From positions 62,001-126,000 of the forward strand of contig JAQGDQ010000136.1 of assembly GCA_030141605.1 (NCBI GenBank): a stretch of DNA of 64,000 nt, written 5' to 3'. Each line of letters begins with the position of its first letter. Positions within the stretch are counted from its first letter, which is position 1. Positions 1-13,917 of this stretch are shown one piece after another. Under the pieces are notes generated by a model, which was given only the letters and a program-made list of their open reading frames with translations, did not search any database and was not told where the DNA came from. The translations under genes were made by a program, and so were the position numbers. Origin of the DNA: Tubiluchus corallicola (Eukaryota > Animalia > Priapulida).

Positions 1-1169
1 AACCAAACAAACTATTTTTTTAAATCATTTACCGCTGAAGTATGGTAAATCTTGGCTGAAGAAATTTCGATAGCAAATCTACTTTTTTGGAAAAAAAACT
101 TTTATGCACTTTGAGATTAAATTTTCATGCATTGGGTTAATAAACGTCAAGGAAATGTTTAAACAGAAGGAGGGGGGTGGATTCCTTCTTCAAAATGAGA
201 AGCGTAGATTGCTACTGTATAACATGATGATGGTAATTATTAGGATAATTTTTGTGTCAATACTAGCGCCAGTACAGATGACAGCAGCTGCTGTGACACA
301 GAAAGAAAATTTGCCTAATTAACCGTCTTCTGTGGTTGTTGCTCACATTTTCATCTCATTTGATAATTCACCGCAAGCGGTAGGTGCCGTGTGCCATAAT
401 TTAGAGAAAGAAAAAAGTTAATTAGGAGGAAGAACGGACAAACCATAGGCATTGTAGCTGTATGATACTGTCTCTGATAATGAAACGTGTTGCCTTTATT
501 TCAGTTGAGTTCTGTGTTTGATAAAACAGCCTTTAACCATCCATGAAAATAACAGCTATTTTGTACCTAATTACGAGCACCTATATAAATCACCCTGATA
601 ATAACAAAATAAAATTAAATACTGTTACAGGAGTGAAATGCCATTTATTTTCAAACCCTCCTCTACATTGTGATGGCCTCGTCCGTACGAAACCATTGCA
701 TAATGTCGTTGAATACCAGGTACAAAACCATTGCTATGGAATGGCCTCGTCGATTCAGTAGGTGAACGGGCCTGTTCCGTAATCGCAACTAGCATGTGCA
801 AAACGTCAGTGAAGTCTGTCAGTTTATTATTATGAATTTCCTGCTCAATTCGCATTTTACGTCGTCACTAGTGGTTGTGTGGTACAAGAATTCAACAGTC
901 CAGTATTGAACCCTGGACCTCTTGGCCGCCATCGTTACAAAACATTACTTGCTGTTCCTTTTTCCCTAGTTTCGTGTTTTTTGCCATACTTTTGTTGCTT
1001 TGCTTTGCCATACCAATCCTTGTTCTATTCCGCTCCTCACTCTTCTTCTGACTTCTCCTCCTCACCTATTCTTCTTGTTTTCCTTTCCTTTCTCGCCTTG
1101 CATTGTTTTCTTTTTTCTCCACAGTTCTCTTTCCATTTCCATCTTTCGGTCGTTTTTTTGCAAAACTTA

Positions 1170-1741
1170 GACCGGGGATGGGCGGTGGAGAACGGGAATG
1201 GGCCTGGGGGCGGTGCGGGCCATGGATAGATAGCCCGTTCAACGGTGGGTGTAGTAGGCGTATTTAGAATTCGTGGGAGGGTCACGGCACCCCACAACGG
1301 GCGTTTTCCTGGACCCAACTCCCAATTTTTTCGAAATTTTGACCAAACAGCATGCGGAAAAACATTCTAGCTGCGCCTGGTGGGACTCTTGGAAGGAGAT
1401 ACATGGCTCTTTAGAAACAGGAAGAATAGGGCTACACGATGATGTGGGCCATATTTTAAGACACGTCTACCAAGAGGAGTGGCGACGAGTTAATTAGATG
1501 GTCCATTTTTAGCAATTTTCGCTTGGAAAACTGCTGACGCAAAGCCATTGTCCTGACATCATCCATTACACTCTGCCTATAACTTTAATTCAGTAAAAGC
1601 TGCTGCTGCTGCTGGCTTTGCGTTATAAATGAGGACTGTGTAGGATGTTCGCGTATTATTGATTATAAGTGTATTTATACGCAAATTTTTTTGCAGGGCT
1701 TTTGCTAGTAAGTGTATTAATTTTTGCGGGACCTTTGCTAG
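1170..1741 (+). mobile_element. Non-autonomous Helitron-like element, 3' part (copy 1)
   Basis: Block ~1207-1340 is a diverged copy of ~3279-3405. It ends in a gcaaa...tttgc hairpin plus CTAG at 1705-1708, with a second tttttgcggg...CTAG end at 1738-1741. Confidence 0.45.
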
Positions 1742-1761
1742 TCTATTAATATATGTGATAT

Positions 1762-2990
1762 TGTGGTGAATAAATTTATAAATCGATGATTTTCGATATT
1801 TTGGTATGAAATCGCATGCCTCCCTGATTTCATGAATAGAGTTACAAATGGTGCAATGGAACTCATTCAGCTGGTAAGCTCGAATTTAATGAGCTGTGAA
1901 AGCGTAGGATGCAAGAAGTAAAATTTATCGTTTACGTAAGGACACTCTAGGATGCTCAGGATAATTAGCTAATATTAGGTTGAGACGGATGTACCGTTTA
2001 TTATAAGCTATATGCACAAGTTACTAGTACTTAACGAAAACTCTGCGAGGTCACTGTTTCTTGAAGAAAAGAGGACTGATGAGTTTTACGGGTTACGATG
2101 ACTATGTCCTCCCAGCTGTCCAATAAATCTAAATGTTGCGTGCGACGTTGAAATCATGCAAGGTTAGTACGAGGTTACTTCGATGAGATATAAGCCATGA
2201 GTTCGAATAACCCAGGGCTCGTTCCACCCGATCGTACTGGAAGAGACACGTGAAGTGTGTGCGACACACGGAGGGCTACCTGACACAGGAGATTGGGACA
2301 ACTTGAGAAGTTCATCGTAGACATCCTTCTGCGTTCCTAGGATAATCTAGGCACTGGACAACGAGAGTCTCATATCAACTATTGGAGTTGGCCAAATTGT
2401 ACTGGGTACATTGTGGTCAATCCGCAGAGTTACGTAAACTTAACATATTGGTAAACTGAGAATTAACTGTGCATATCTGTAGTTCGTATAAGTTCACATT
2501 GTACTATATGATAAGTGTAGAGAACACCTTAGGTGATAGAATTGAAGAATTGTTCAGAAAGATACTTTTGGAAGCTATAAACTAGTTGTACGCGTCAAAA
2601 GCGCATAAGAACTAATCTTGTAAGCTATCTAGAAGCAGTAATTATTGTTAAATCAATAAAGTAATTCTCTTTGACCTTTAACGATTGGGTTAATGTATGT
2701 TATCAGAGTGTTTAACTCAAGCAACACTATTTCCGATATACGAATCTGATTAGTTCGCTTTGAATTAACTAGCGCTCATATTGCGGGAGCGTTGCTAGGA
2801 AGCTTGAGGGAAATTGACCTTTTCTCACAACGCGAAGGTCAAGGTGAAGTTTAGATAAGACGATCATTGCTTGCTAGACTAATATCTAAAGCCCTCGGAG
2901 CCAGGTGAAGAATTCGCCTTATAGCAATTAGAAATTAAGCGGACATATTAAATTCAATCTATACGATATATGGATTTAAGTCACCTTACA
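1762..2990. mobile_element. Candidate solo LTR (~1.2 kb)
   Basis: TG...CA termini with an imperfect terminal inverted repeat (tgtggtgaataaattt versus the reverse complement of the 3' end, tgtaaggtgacttaaat). Internal AATAAA at ~2655, no ORF, flanks atat/ctat (4-bp TSD with one mismatch). Confidence 0.4.
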
Positions 2991-3049
2991 CTATACGATC
3001 AAGATTAACGCAAACATTAGGTATTTAAAATAAGAAGGTGATAATATGG

Positions 3050-4214
3050 GTTTATATATAACCGACAAGGCTACAGCTCCGACGACGGCACCATTTTCGA
3101 TGATAAATACGTCAAATGAAAGCTCTCCACCCGAGGGTGTTCGCACATGGGGATTTATTTTTCGAAGCGGGCCCACCGGAAGGAACGGGGGCCGAAAAAC
3201 CTCAAAAAAACGCCCTTTTTGACCGTTTTTCGCAAAAAATTGCAAAACTTATACCTCTTATTTCTAGACAATCTGCCGAGGGCGGTGCCCGTAATGGTTG
3301 AATAGCTCAATCAACGGTGGGCGTAATAATCATATTTAGATTTTGCGGGAGGGCAAATAATACCCGGTACGGGCATTTTCGAGGACCCAAGTACGCAAAT
3401 TTTGCAACTGTTTGGGCAAGTTAAGAAAAAATAAGCACACTCGTAGAAAGAGGACGAAATGGTCTACAAAATTCTGGTGGTTTCACTAATAAAGATGTAT
3501 ACTGGGCGAAACGGGAGGGGTGTATTTCGAAGTTCTTTTTGCTGCACGCTGTTTGGAACATCCATTGTCTTTGAGTTTGAGAAATTTCGCGGCTGCTCTA
3601 GGCATTGTTTCCACCCGTTATTCTACAGTGTTATAGATTGTACATATAAATAAGTTCTGTTAGCTTATTATCATCTGAGAAGCAGCAAAACAAAACTATG
3701 TTGAATGTCCGCGCATTATTGATCATTGGTAGATAGGTTTAAGAGCATTTGCTATAGCACACTGTTTCGACTTTGTGCAAAATATTTTGAATGGTTTTAA
3801 CGTGATGCTGTGCTGTTGGTGTTGGTGTTGTAGCTGTCGTCATCGTTGCCGCCATCATCATCATCATCGTCATCAACGTCATGATCACCATGTGAGGTGG
3901 TGGATTTGATCTGGTGTGGGTTGTGTGGTATGGCAGTGCTGTGGGTGTTGTGCTGTGGATGGTTGTGATGGGGTGGTAGGGTGTGTGTGGTGTTGGTGGA
4001 GTGGTGTGGGTGGTGTGGTCGGTGTGGTTTAGTGTGGTCTGGGTGGCGTGGTGTGGTATTGATGATGTGGTGTGTGTGGTGTTGGTGTAGTGGTGTGGGT
4101 GGCAGGGTGTGGGTCTTGTAGTGTGGATAGTGTGGTGGGCTGGTATGGTGTGGGTGGTGTAATGTGGGTTGTGTGTCATTTATGCGTAAAATTCTTTTTG
4201 CGGGATTTGGCTAG
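3050..4214 (+). mobile_element. Non-autonomous Helitron-like element (copy 2) carrying a GT-rich tract
   Basis: Shares a ~130-bp block with 1207-1340. The 3' end is a cgtaaaa-ttct-ttttgcg hairpin followed by CTAG at 4211-4214 and then T, the canonical Helitron 3' arrangement. Confidence 0.5.
3803..4176. repeat. GT/GGT-rich low-complexity tract
   Basis: Degenerate (GTG/GTGTG)n; accounts for the His/Thr-rich ORF 3739-4179. Confidence 0.85.
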
Positions 4215-4835
4215 TTAATTAATGAACATTTTAATTATTTGATGACCAAAAATTCTAGAGGCATGACTTTATAATGAAGAGATTTACTTACTGTACGCAA
4301 GAAAACCAGTGCAATTTAAACAGTAGATTAATTAATTGGTGAAACGATGGCGTGGAAACCACTCGTTTTAATATACCTAGTTAAAGCAATATAATACAAT
4401 TTAGATTAACCACATGTGAAAAATAACAAGCAAAAAATCGAGAACTATAAATTAGTCCAGTGAAGATTTTCCCAATGACAAAATTTTATACGAAAAAAGC
4501 TTGCTACTTATTGCTCAATTTTTCGTCAAAGCTTAGAATCTTTAAGCTATCAGATGGGAATTTCTGACGTTCTGGTCGATTTTTCCTAATTAAGGCTTGT
4601 AGCCAACCGAGAGACATTTAGGCGTTCTTTCATGCGTTCAGCCATGAGAACACTGCAAAGTGGTAAATGTTGGTGTTAATTAATTAACTACCATATTGAA
4701 TGCAATTTGTGTTTGTACTAGTAAGGTTAAATGACAATGAGAAATTTAAAATTTTTATTGCTAATGTATAGCAAAGCTAAAACAAATTTTCTCCGGGATC
4801 AATAAGCATTAAATTAACCTAGGCTGGTCTTACCC

Positions 4836-4955
4836 AGCCTAGCCTAGTCTAGTCTAACCCAGTCCAGTTCAGTTCAGTTCAGTCCAGTCCAGTCCAGTCC
4901 AGTCCAGTCCAGTCCAGTCCAGTCCAGTCCAGTCCAGTCCAGTCCAATCTAATCT
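4836..4955. repeat. (AGTCC)n pentanucleotide microsatellite
   Basis: Direct reading; degenerate flanks agcct/agtct/agttc. Confidence 0.95.
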
Positions 4956-5048
4956 AGGAAAGAACTGCAAAAGTTGTAATTACAAAGCCTGTTCCAGATA
5001 GCACCAGCGATATACTCGCGAAACGATTTTGAAATAAAGAATATTGCA

Positions 5049-5051
<3 letters not shown>

Positions 5052-5122
<71 letters not shown>
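5052..5122. repeat. (CT)n microsatellite
   Basis: Perfect run. Confidence 0.98.
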
Positions 5123-5125
<3 letters not shown>

Positions 5126-7410
5126 CTTCTTTTTCCTATGCCTTCCCCTCATTTTACGCCTATTAATTAGTCATTTTTATCTAATATTTCGACAGTTTTA
5201 ATTCTCAGCTGACATAATGTTACAACAATCAATGTCACGCGCGCGCATCGAGTTTCATGTACAAATAAATGAAGTGTGTTCTGTAATGATCTTCTAAGGT
5301 CACTCAATAACGTAATAGTAGTCGGTCTTGGACTGTAAATACAGTATTACATCGCATACTGAAAATTAATATAATTAATGCCTACAGTAGCAATCCTACA
5401 TCAACAGTTCTGTTCTTAACATTTAATAATTCATAATCTTACGTCACATTTTACCTATGGAGATCAGACGTATTCAAGTAACCCAATGATGACGTAAATA
5501 AGAAGATACCTCAAGTTCTCTAACTGACACTTGGTGACCGAATTTTTTCAGTAACCGTGTAAAAATTGCTTACCTATTCTGCAACTTTATTTTTATTATT
5601 CTGTGTAATCATTTTTAGGAAAGGAACAGGCAGGAACGTACTTCATGTTAATAATATCGTGCTTTTCCTAAGTACTCCATGGTAACAATATCGTGTGTTT
5701 CCTAACTTCCTCATTATTTTTAAATAATTAGTAAAATAGCAGTTAGGCCCGCGCAGACGTGCTATTTTAATGGTATCGAATGAGTCCAAATAGTTTTGAT
5801 GAACTGCTGCGCATTATTAGGCTGTATATTACCTATTTCTACATCAAGCGGAGAAACGACTCTAATGCTTGAGCTTCACAAACTGCTCTATGTAAGCCTA
5901 CAGCCTTACATGGGCATGTTTTAGAATATAATATAGGTAAAATTTAAGCTCACTCGTGTACGTAGCGGCTGTAATTTACTGCCGTACTTTAAACTGCTTA
6001 ACAAATAAAGGAAATGAATTACCTATGCAGTTAAAAAAACTCGAAATCCAAATACAAATCCAAGTTTAGACTTTCCAATTCATGTGGAAAGGTTAAATTA
6101 TTTGGTTGTGTGAATTTTATACTTTTCACAGTTTGATACATTTGGAGTATGGGAACTTGAGTGACAGACCGGGAATACTGTAAACGGTGTCTGTCATTGT
6201 GAAAGGCCACAGGTAATAGGAAAAATCAGCAGTGGACAGATGAAATGTGCTGATTGCACTGAGACGTGATCGCATGCGCTGTTCACCTTTAAATTTCACA
6301 TTTTGATATCCTATTTCAGTAAGAATGATTTATATTCGTTAGTTTTTTCTGTTCTTTCTTTTATATGTTTAATGGTGCCTCTTCATAAGACACGGTCTTC
6401 ATGTTATGTTTAACTGATGTATTTGGTTAAAAGTTGCGCATTAAAAATTGGCTGTCTGCGTGTGGCTTTGCAGCAGGAACCAAATCCTGGTTGCTGAGTT
6501 CATTATTTATCAGAATTTTGGTGGCAACAAACTGCCAACAAGATTGTCCGAAATCGTCTATGCAACTTCGACGCAGACTTGAAAAGAAATTGCCTTACCC
6601 CAAAAACTGCTACAAATAAGTTTTCAGCAGGTTTTTGTAGCATCCGGTGTGCTTAATAACATATCAAACGTTTACGGCATCTAAGCACTCGAAAGGCTCA
6701 GTTTCAAGATGACGTTTTTCGGTCATTTTTCGTGCAAATGCTCATTACTGATTTAACGGCCACCTTTGACGTCATGTTGAAAATTAGGCCTTTCCAGTGG
6801 TAAGACTGTGGTAGACGTTTGAAATGCTATTAGACAAACCCGATGATATAAAAGCTCGTTGAAATACTTTTGTAACAATTTTGTGAGGTCAGTCAGATAT
6901 ATTTTCAGCCGTCTCACTGAAAAATCTGTTGTCATGCAGAGATTCCACACTTCCGCTCCATAAACTCAGCAAGGCGGCAGAAGGAAACGGTAAAAAATTT
7001 CGATATAGACTCAGAAAATTCTCAACTACTGTGTAAAAGTTTGCGACTAAATGAATGTCGCTAGCCGATTTGCTGCAAAACAAATTAACAATTAAATTAA
7101 CGAAAATGTTTGGAAACATTCAATATTTTAGAATTGATTTTCACGGATTAACTCTTTAATAAGAAAATTTTCTATGTGTTCAGATGATGTTAGAATCAGA
7201 TGATGCTATTTAAGAGTTATTGATGCAACATTTACTATATGTCTTTATGGACTAACAATGGTATCAGAAAACCATTTCACTTAAAGAACGATTGCAGTGC
7301 TTCAGGTATGTGTAGTCACAATCACAGAAGATCATGTTACAGCGTTCGTTACTACTGTGGAACGAATTATTACACTCAAAAAATTTATTTAGTTCTTAAT
7401 TTACTAGCCT

Positions 7411-7412
<2 letters not shown>

Positions 7413-7451
<39 letters not shown>

Positions 7452-7477
7452 GTATATATATATATATATACGTATAT
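7413..7477. repeat. (TA)n microsatellite
   Basis: Interrupted by two CG. It lies in a possible LINE 3' tail that ends in (TGAAT)n near 7572-7598. Confidence 0.95.
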
Positions 7478-9391
7478 CTGCTTATTTATTTATTTACTCT
7501 TGAAATTTTTATTTCATTGTATTTTATTTTATTTTAGTGCACTGTATTTGTATTTTATATGATCTAAAAATTTGAACTGAATTGAATTGAACTGAATTAT
7601 TATGAGCCGCTTGGATAACGTGTAAACGGGCAAAATTTTGTCTGCACTATATATAAGCAATCATATATTATTATACGATTACTCACTGCACATTATTATT
7701 ACTTTCATTTGCACTCAAAGTAAATCTGCTTAGCTAACAACGTCATCAAGTCGCAGTTTGATTTCTTCTTTTTCTTCTGAAACCGCCATGCTATCGAACC
7801 GTGTACTCATTGCACTCCGTGTAGTCTAAATCGAAGACCCATTGATGAATTCGCACGGATGAGGGCAAGTTTAGAGGGCGATTAAACGATTTCCTAAATG
7901 GATAGACACACAAACTTTTCTGGGAAGTCTCACTCGCAAAGAAATTCTGCGTTTTAACTCGGTTTCGTACGGAGAAGAACTTAAAACCAAGTCAATATTT
8001 GCATTATGTTCTATATACAACATGAGATGGAAACACAAAGAAAGAGCAAAGAGGTGGGTAGAAATCTTTCTGCTTTCAACCTCTCATTACATTGATCTAA
8101 AAAAACTAACAATTGACAATAACTGTATAGATGATGCTGTTTGTGCAGCACGAATGCGGTACCATACAAGAAGATAGTCGTATACAGATACAATGATACA
8201 GTAGTCTCTTGCCACTCTGGTACCTTCGCGCCTCGTTTAGTTTCTCGGTGAAATTTCTCTTGCCCAGTACTTTAACAATTCTCTTTTGTCGCAACCTTTC
8301 AGAGTTCATTTCTTTTGCATTTGGTCGCAGACTAGGCTACTGTCGAGAATGTGCCAAGTTCTGGTTGACTGACACGTAATTGTGAATTAGACAGCCAAAA
8401 AACTAGACAACATTTTGCCTTTTAGGGAGTAAAATACGAATCTATACCCAGATTTTACACGTTCCTGGAAACCATGCTAAGCATATTGCCAGGATAAGTT
8501 TCTATTATTCGTTCAAAGATTTGCTACACAAGAAGGTGCTAAAGGTCTATCGACCAATGAAACATAAGAAATATAAAAACATAGCCTCTTGCTTAGTAAA
8601 ATGACATGATCGCATGCGAGCAAAATAAATTCAAACGCCTGAAAATCTTCCGTCCCACTGAGCGGAACTAGATGTAGAGCATTTTGCGTAATTAGGCCCA
8701 TTAAAGTACTAACCTTTAAGCATAAATCCAACACAGAGCCGTGAAAGGTAATTAACCTTTGACTTTTTCATATTTTTCCGGACGGTTTAATGTTGACAGC
8801 ACTTGGTGAAAAATGACCTGCCGTTATTTTGAACGTTCTCAAATTTTTGCGACACTTCGCAATGGGCGCTTTGTTTTGCGCAGACAGTGTCATGCATAAT
8901 GTGATTATAATTATCGTCATTTACTGATAATGCGGGAAGCTGCGATAATGGTGACGAGCATTTTATAGCTTGCAAAATAGATCAGATTTCAAAAGCATAT
9001 TTTTTGAAAGCCTCTTTGTTGCGATGGAAAAAGTTCTGAAAAGCAGGCAGAATTTTAAAATGCAGCTAGTCACAGAAACGGAATACTAATTAGCCCATAA
9101 TGCTTATATCTGTTTATTTATTCAAACAATTTTTAAAAAGAAAAAAAAAGTAAGGAACTTGTGACATTTCCCAAATTACTGATGGCACATACATAATTAT
9201 GCATTACCATTTTTTAGTGAAGTCGTACACAACAACGAGGAACTTAGCATAGTTAAAACTTAAAAACGAAGTAGCGTTAGTGTGCTCGCGTAGAAGTGAT
9301 TATAACAAAAGCTACCTAAAATTCTTCTGAGTAAAACTCAGAAGAACGGCAACATCTTTTAATTGGTGTGGTAATTCAAAGTCAAGAATCT

Positions 9392-9780
9392 GATGTCACA
9401 GTGATGTCACAGTGACCACATGCATGCGTTCATGAGACCAAAATCATGAACTCATTCTGAGCTAAATTTGTAACAACGTTTTAGACCATACTGACCTCAT
9501 GCCATGACATCAAGCTGAGTTGAAGTCATGAGCTCACAGAAACCTCATGCTTATGAGCTCATGTTGATGTCATGTCATGAGGTAAGTACTATGAGTGCAA
9601 CCATCTGATATCATACTGAATCATGCTTCTGACCCCTCAGTGAGCTCATATCAGTGACTTCATGGTTATGGGCTCAGTACGACATCATTAAAATGATTTC
9701 AGCATGGTCTAATGTTTGTGATGATGAGCTCATGAAGATCTCATAGTTATGAGCTCAGCATGACTTCATTTTTATGAGCA
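9392..9780. mobile_element. Palindrome-motif-rich MITE-like element
   Basis: Five TGAGCTCA palindromes plus many CATGA variants. Inverted repeat ttagaccatactga (9481-9494) / tcagcatggtctaa (9699-9712). Confidence 0.45.
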
Positions 9781-10856
9781 TTTTCTATTTTATATTTTCA
9801 TATATATACGTATATAACTCGCTGTATTGCTGTCGTGTCAATTAGAAACGGTAATATTACTGAGCAGGTTTAGAAGATTTTAGGCGAAGCAAACTAGAAT
9901 TTTAGGAGATAATTGTAGATTTTTAACGGAACTATCGTATTAGTGTAAAAAAACTAAAATCATATTTACAACTCACATGAGCTTTGGTTCCCTGTTGCAT
10001 ACAACGTGATCAAAAGTGTCAATCTGTACTTAACTATAACGCCTAAAACATTACAGCTCTTTAAATATATGATTAATAATAATATAAAGATATTACATCT
10101 ACAGGGCTATACGAGCTTCACTGAGGCATGCCAGCTAAAACTGACCTGTATTAGAAAATTAACCTCTACAAACACATACTATGTGGGAATCAATTTAAAG
10201 AAATTTACTGATGTGCTATATTCTCCAGCACGTGGAAAATTGACCAGCACATACTGCATTAATTAAACAAGCAAAATCAACCTGAAGTACATTAACTTTG
10301 GAAATATTATCAAATGCAAAACTATTATCATTTCAACAAGCATTTCAGACACTGTTTTTAGCTGTCAAAATTTGTTTAACACAGATGATGACAAAATTTT
10401 CAGACAATGAAATAAAATTAATAAAATCAGCAAGGTTATGGTATGTGTACCTTGCCTTCATTATTTTTAGGACTCTAAGCGAATTTATTCGCCGTAATGA
10501 TTCTGGCTGTTTATCTCATGAAGGGAGAAGGTATTCACATCCGAACATGGCTGTGACGCCTCTGCCAGTTCAGTGATTCACACTAGAGACATAATCTTGA
10601 TAATAATGGTCTCGGTCTCGCCGCAAATATCTTATTGACTAGGCACTGACATGAAATACTCTGTATTCCGGTTTGCAGTGTACTAAGTTGTACAGAAAAG
10701 CAGGTGCTCAATGTTAGGCTATATCCGAACCTCTCCTGAAAGAACTTAAAGATCCTGTGTGTAGCTTAACGTTAGACTTGACAGCTAAGCCAGCTATATG
10801 GTATGAAAGTCAAATACACGTGACGATATTACAACAGACACGGGAACAAATATGGA

Positions 10857-11325
10857 AGTACAAAGATAGAAACTGAAAAATAATAACAAAAAGAAGAAGA
10901 CGACGACGACAACGACAAAAGATCATGCCAAAGCAGAAGAAACAGAAGGTGAAAAAAGAGGAAGAGAGCAAGGCAAAGAGAAGAACGGCAAGAAAAAGAA
11001 AAAAATAGGCAGAAGAAAACAAGACTTCAAAGGGGAAAAGAAGAAGCTTACAGAAGAAAGAATAAAGATTTCAAACAATAGGTAAGAAAATAAATACAAA
11101 AGGGACTGAAAAATAATAACAAAAAGAAGAAGAAGAAGAAGAAAGATCATGACAAAGGGGAAGAACAGAAGATGAAGAAAGAAGAAGGCAGAGGGAAGAA
11201 GAATGGCAAGAGGAAGAAAAAGAAAAAAGGCAGAAGAAAACAAGACTTCAAAAGAGAAAAAGAGCAAGACTTATATTAAAAAAGAAAAAATTGCAAACAA
11301 TAGATAACAAGGTAAAAATGAAAGA
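10857..11325. repeat. Two-copy tandem duplication (~233 bp period) of a purine-rich sequence
   Basis: The anchors actgaaaaataataacaaaaagaagaaga, aaagatcatg, aggcagaagaaaacaagacttcaaa and caaacaatag each occur twice in the same order. Confidence 0.8.
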
Positions 11326-12989
11326 GACGAACAGTCAGACAAGACAAATAAAAGAAGAAATGAACATAATTATTCATAGTGGGCGCACACGTAAGTGTAC
11401 ATAATAAAATCTAGAATCCAAGCCACTTGGCCGAGTAGCACAAGTCAAGAAAGAAAATCGTATTTACCCCATTCATTGCTAACAGAATTCGGCTCAATGG
11501 CTTCGTCAGATGCACAAATGACGTACAAAAAACAGGAAAGCAAGATGGGATAGTGAAGCTGTTGAATTATTCTTGTGCCCATTGTTACTCGCCGCTTGTT
11601 TTAATTTCTTGCCTAGAGAATAACAAAATAAATGTATGTATAAGATCATATTAAATATTAGATTTTATTGGATAAAGTTCCTGGTAATTAATAGCCATGT
11701 GAAACAGAAGATAATCCAGCAAATACAGGTCGTCGCAAAAGTCACTACACGCTTTACGTTTTTATATATTTAGCAAACAAAGCAAAACTTTGAGCAATTC
11801 TGTTAGTCAAATTAGACGAATATCTGAAAAGAACAATTGGACTAGAAGGCTTCGTTACTTTCTACAATGACTTCAAGAGCTTCAGAGACTAAGTCGGGCA
11901 CCTGTCTTTGAGAAAATCTCTCACAACAGAAAATCTCTCTGTCAGTGAGGAAGGGCTGAACATTGCTGAAAAACTACATTGTTATAGTGTGAGAATAGTG
12001 TGGTTCATATATGGTGCTCTGAATTTCCGCTCAACTTCAATTGGTGATCGAAGAGACCTCATACCAGATTGATTTTTCACCTCATTTCTAACGTTACTGC
12101 CATCGCCATAACAACGGTGTTCCAGTCAAAAAATAAAAAAAATGCTAACAGCTCATTTTGGTCCATGCACTAGCCCCTTTAACTTTGCTAAATTTAGAGA
12201 GAAAAACTAAAAAGAGAATTTGAAATCACTGTCTATATCGAGTTTTGAGACAAGGGAAAACTGCAGCGACACACAAGACCTACTGCACAATAATGTCGCG
12301 GTTCACGACGTCGGTCATGGTTGTGTAAAAATGCCATAAGCATATCGAGGATAAAAAGTATTGTACCATCATGCACGCACACATCACGAAGTTGTAAAAA
12401 CAAGCTCTAGTGCAAGTGAATATTGTTCATCATTCCCGGAACGTAACACGAGCTTCCTGTAACCGCAGCTTTAGGCGCCTAGACTGACTTTGTCAAACCT
12501 AGCTACCTTTAATTCTTTGTGTAATGAAACTTATATCATGTGTTTTCTATCATGTAACTTAATTACTTTTATTTGTGCCGTATTATAAATATGGACTCTT
12601 ACACATTGTGTGCACTTGACTAACAATTATTGTTATTGACAAAATCGAATTTCAAAATATCACCATTAAGTGCAAGTTGTCTAACACTTAATGTAGACAT
12701 GGTACATTTACACAGTTCTATGTATAGTCGCTATGTCCCTGTGAAGTCTAGTTTTTTCATGAGGCCGCTTAATCATTTCCCTATAAATCTTCAAACGACA
12801 AAAAAGAGTTCATGATACTATAAGAACTAATAGTTCCTTATAGTTACAAAAAAATGTAAAGTAAAATAGGGTTAAAGAAAAATCCTCTTCATCCCTCTTG
12901 TCACTGTCGTCTGAAATTCACTCTATTACTAAATCCTCTGAAATTCACTCTGTTACTAAATCCCTAAGAAAAACTGCATTTTTAATCTT

Positions 12990-13058
12990 TGCCTCTCCCG
13001 TAATCGAACTTAGTACCTTCTGCTTCCGTATCACGTGGCTTTACCGCTAAGCTTTCCT
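12990..13058 (-). mobile_element. tRNA-derived SINE head
   Basis: The minus strand reads agcttagcggtaaagc (A-box-like) then agttcgattac (B-box-like) at tRNA spacing, with no clean cloverleaf. A 27-bp tandem duplication lies adjacent at 12910-12963. Confidence 0.45.
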
Positions 13059-13461
13059 GTTCTACGTGAATTATATACTGTGAGTCTAATAAAAGTATTA
13101 AACCGACTTTAAATGAAGCCAAATAGCAAATTATCTGACATGCTGCAGCTGCCGAGACAGAAATCTCTTACAAACGATCAATTATAGGAGATTGTAAAAT
13201 GAGTAAGTTAACGACAACTTAACTCTTGTAAGGCGATTTGGGTATGGCTTCCTGGCTTATAACATGACAAAATTTTATACCTGGTTTGACGGTCTTCTTG
13301 CATCTGGTTTACCTCATGGGTATTTTTGATCCGTTCCAAGTCGTTTCAGGTTTATTTTTCCAATTATATTTTGCGGGTTTCGTTCACTTAGTTTTTGATT
13401 CAGCTTTTTATAAATAGGTTGATGTTTAACAGCAATTTTATTTTAATATTAAGTAAGTAGG

Positions 13462-13566
<105 letters not shown>

Positions 13567-13917
13567 TCATGCAAAATATTAGCAAAGTTAATTAAAAACA
13601 AATTATCGCGGCCAGTTAACATATAAAATATCCTAGTGCAGTAAAACGCTTACGAAATTTTCTCGTTTAATGCGACTTACGAATTTACATTCAAACAACA
13701 GATGAGGTGAGGTTTACCTCCCATCTAAATATTGGCACATATTATTATCTGCATAACCAATATTGTACAATAAATTATTAAAATTGTCTTGACAGGTAGG
13801 CAGCCTTGATAACCAAGATTGATAGGTAGGTAGGTAAGTAGGTAGGTAAGTAAGTATTTAAGTAATAATTCTTAATTATCTCTCTTAATTAATTCACCAT
13901 CAATTTCTCGAGTGCAA

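Noticed and set aside
3739-4179. His/Thr-rich 146-aa ORF
   Set aside because: Translation of a GT-rich low-complexity tract; no splice or domain evidence.
9392-9780. CRISPR-like repeat array
   Set aside because: Motifs are 8 bp and irregularly spaced, there are no cas genes, and the context is eukaryotic.
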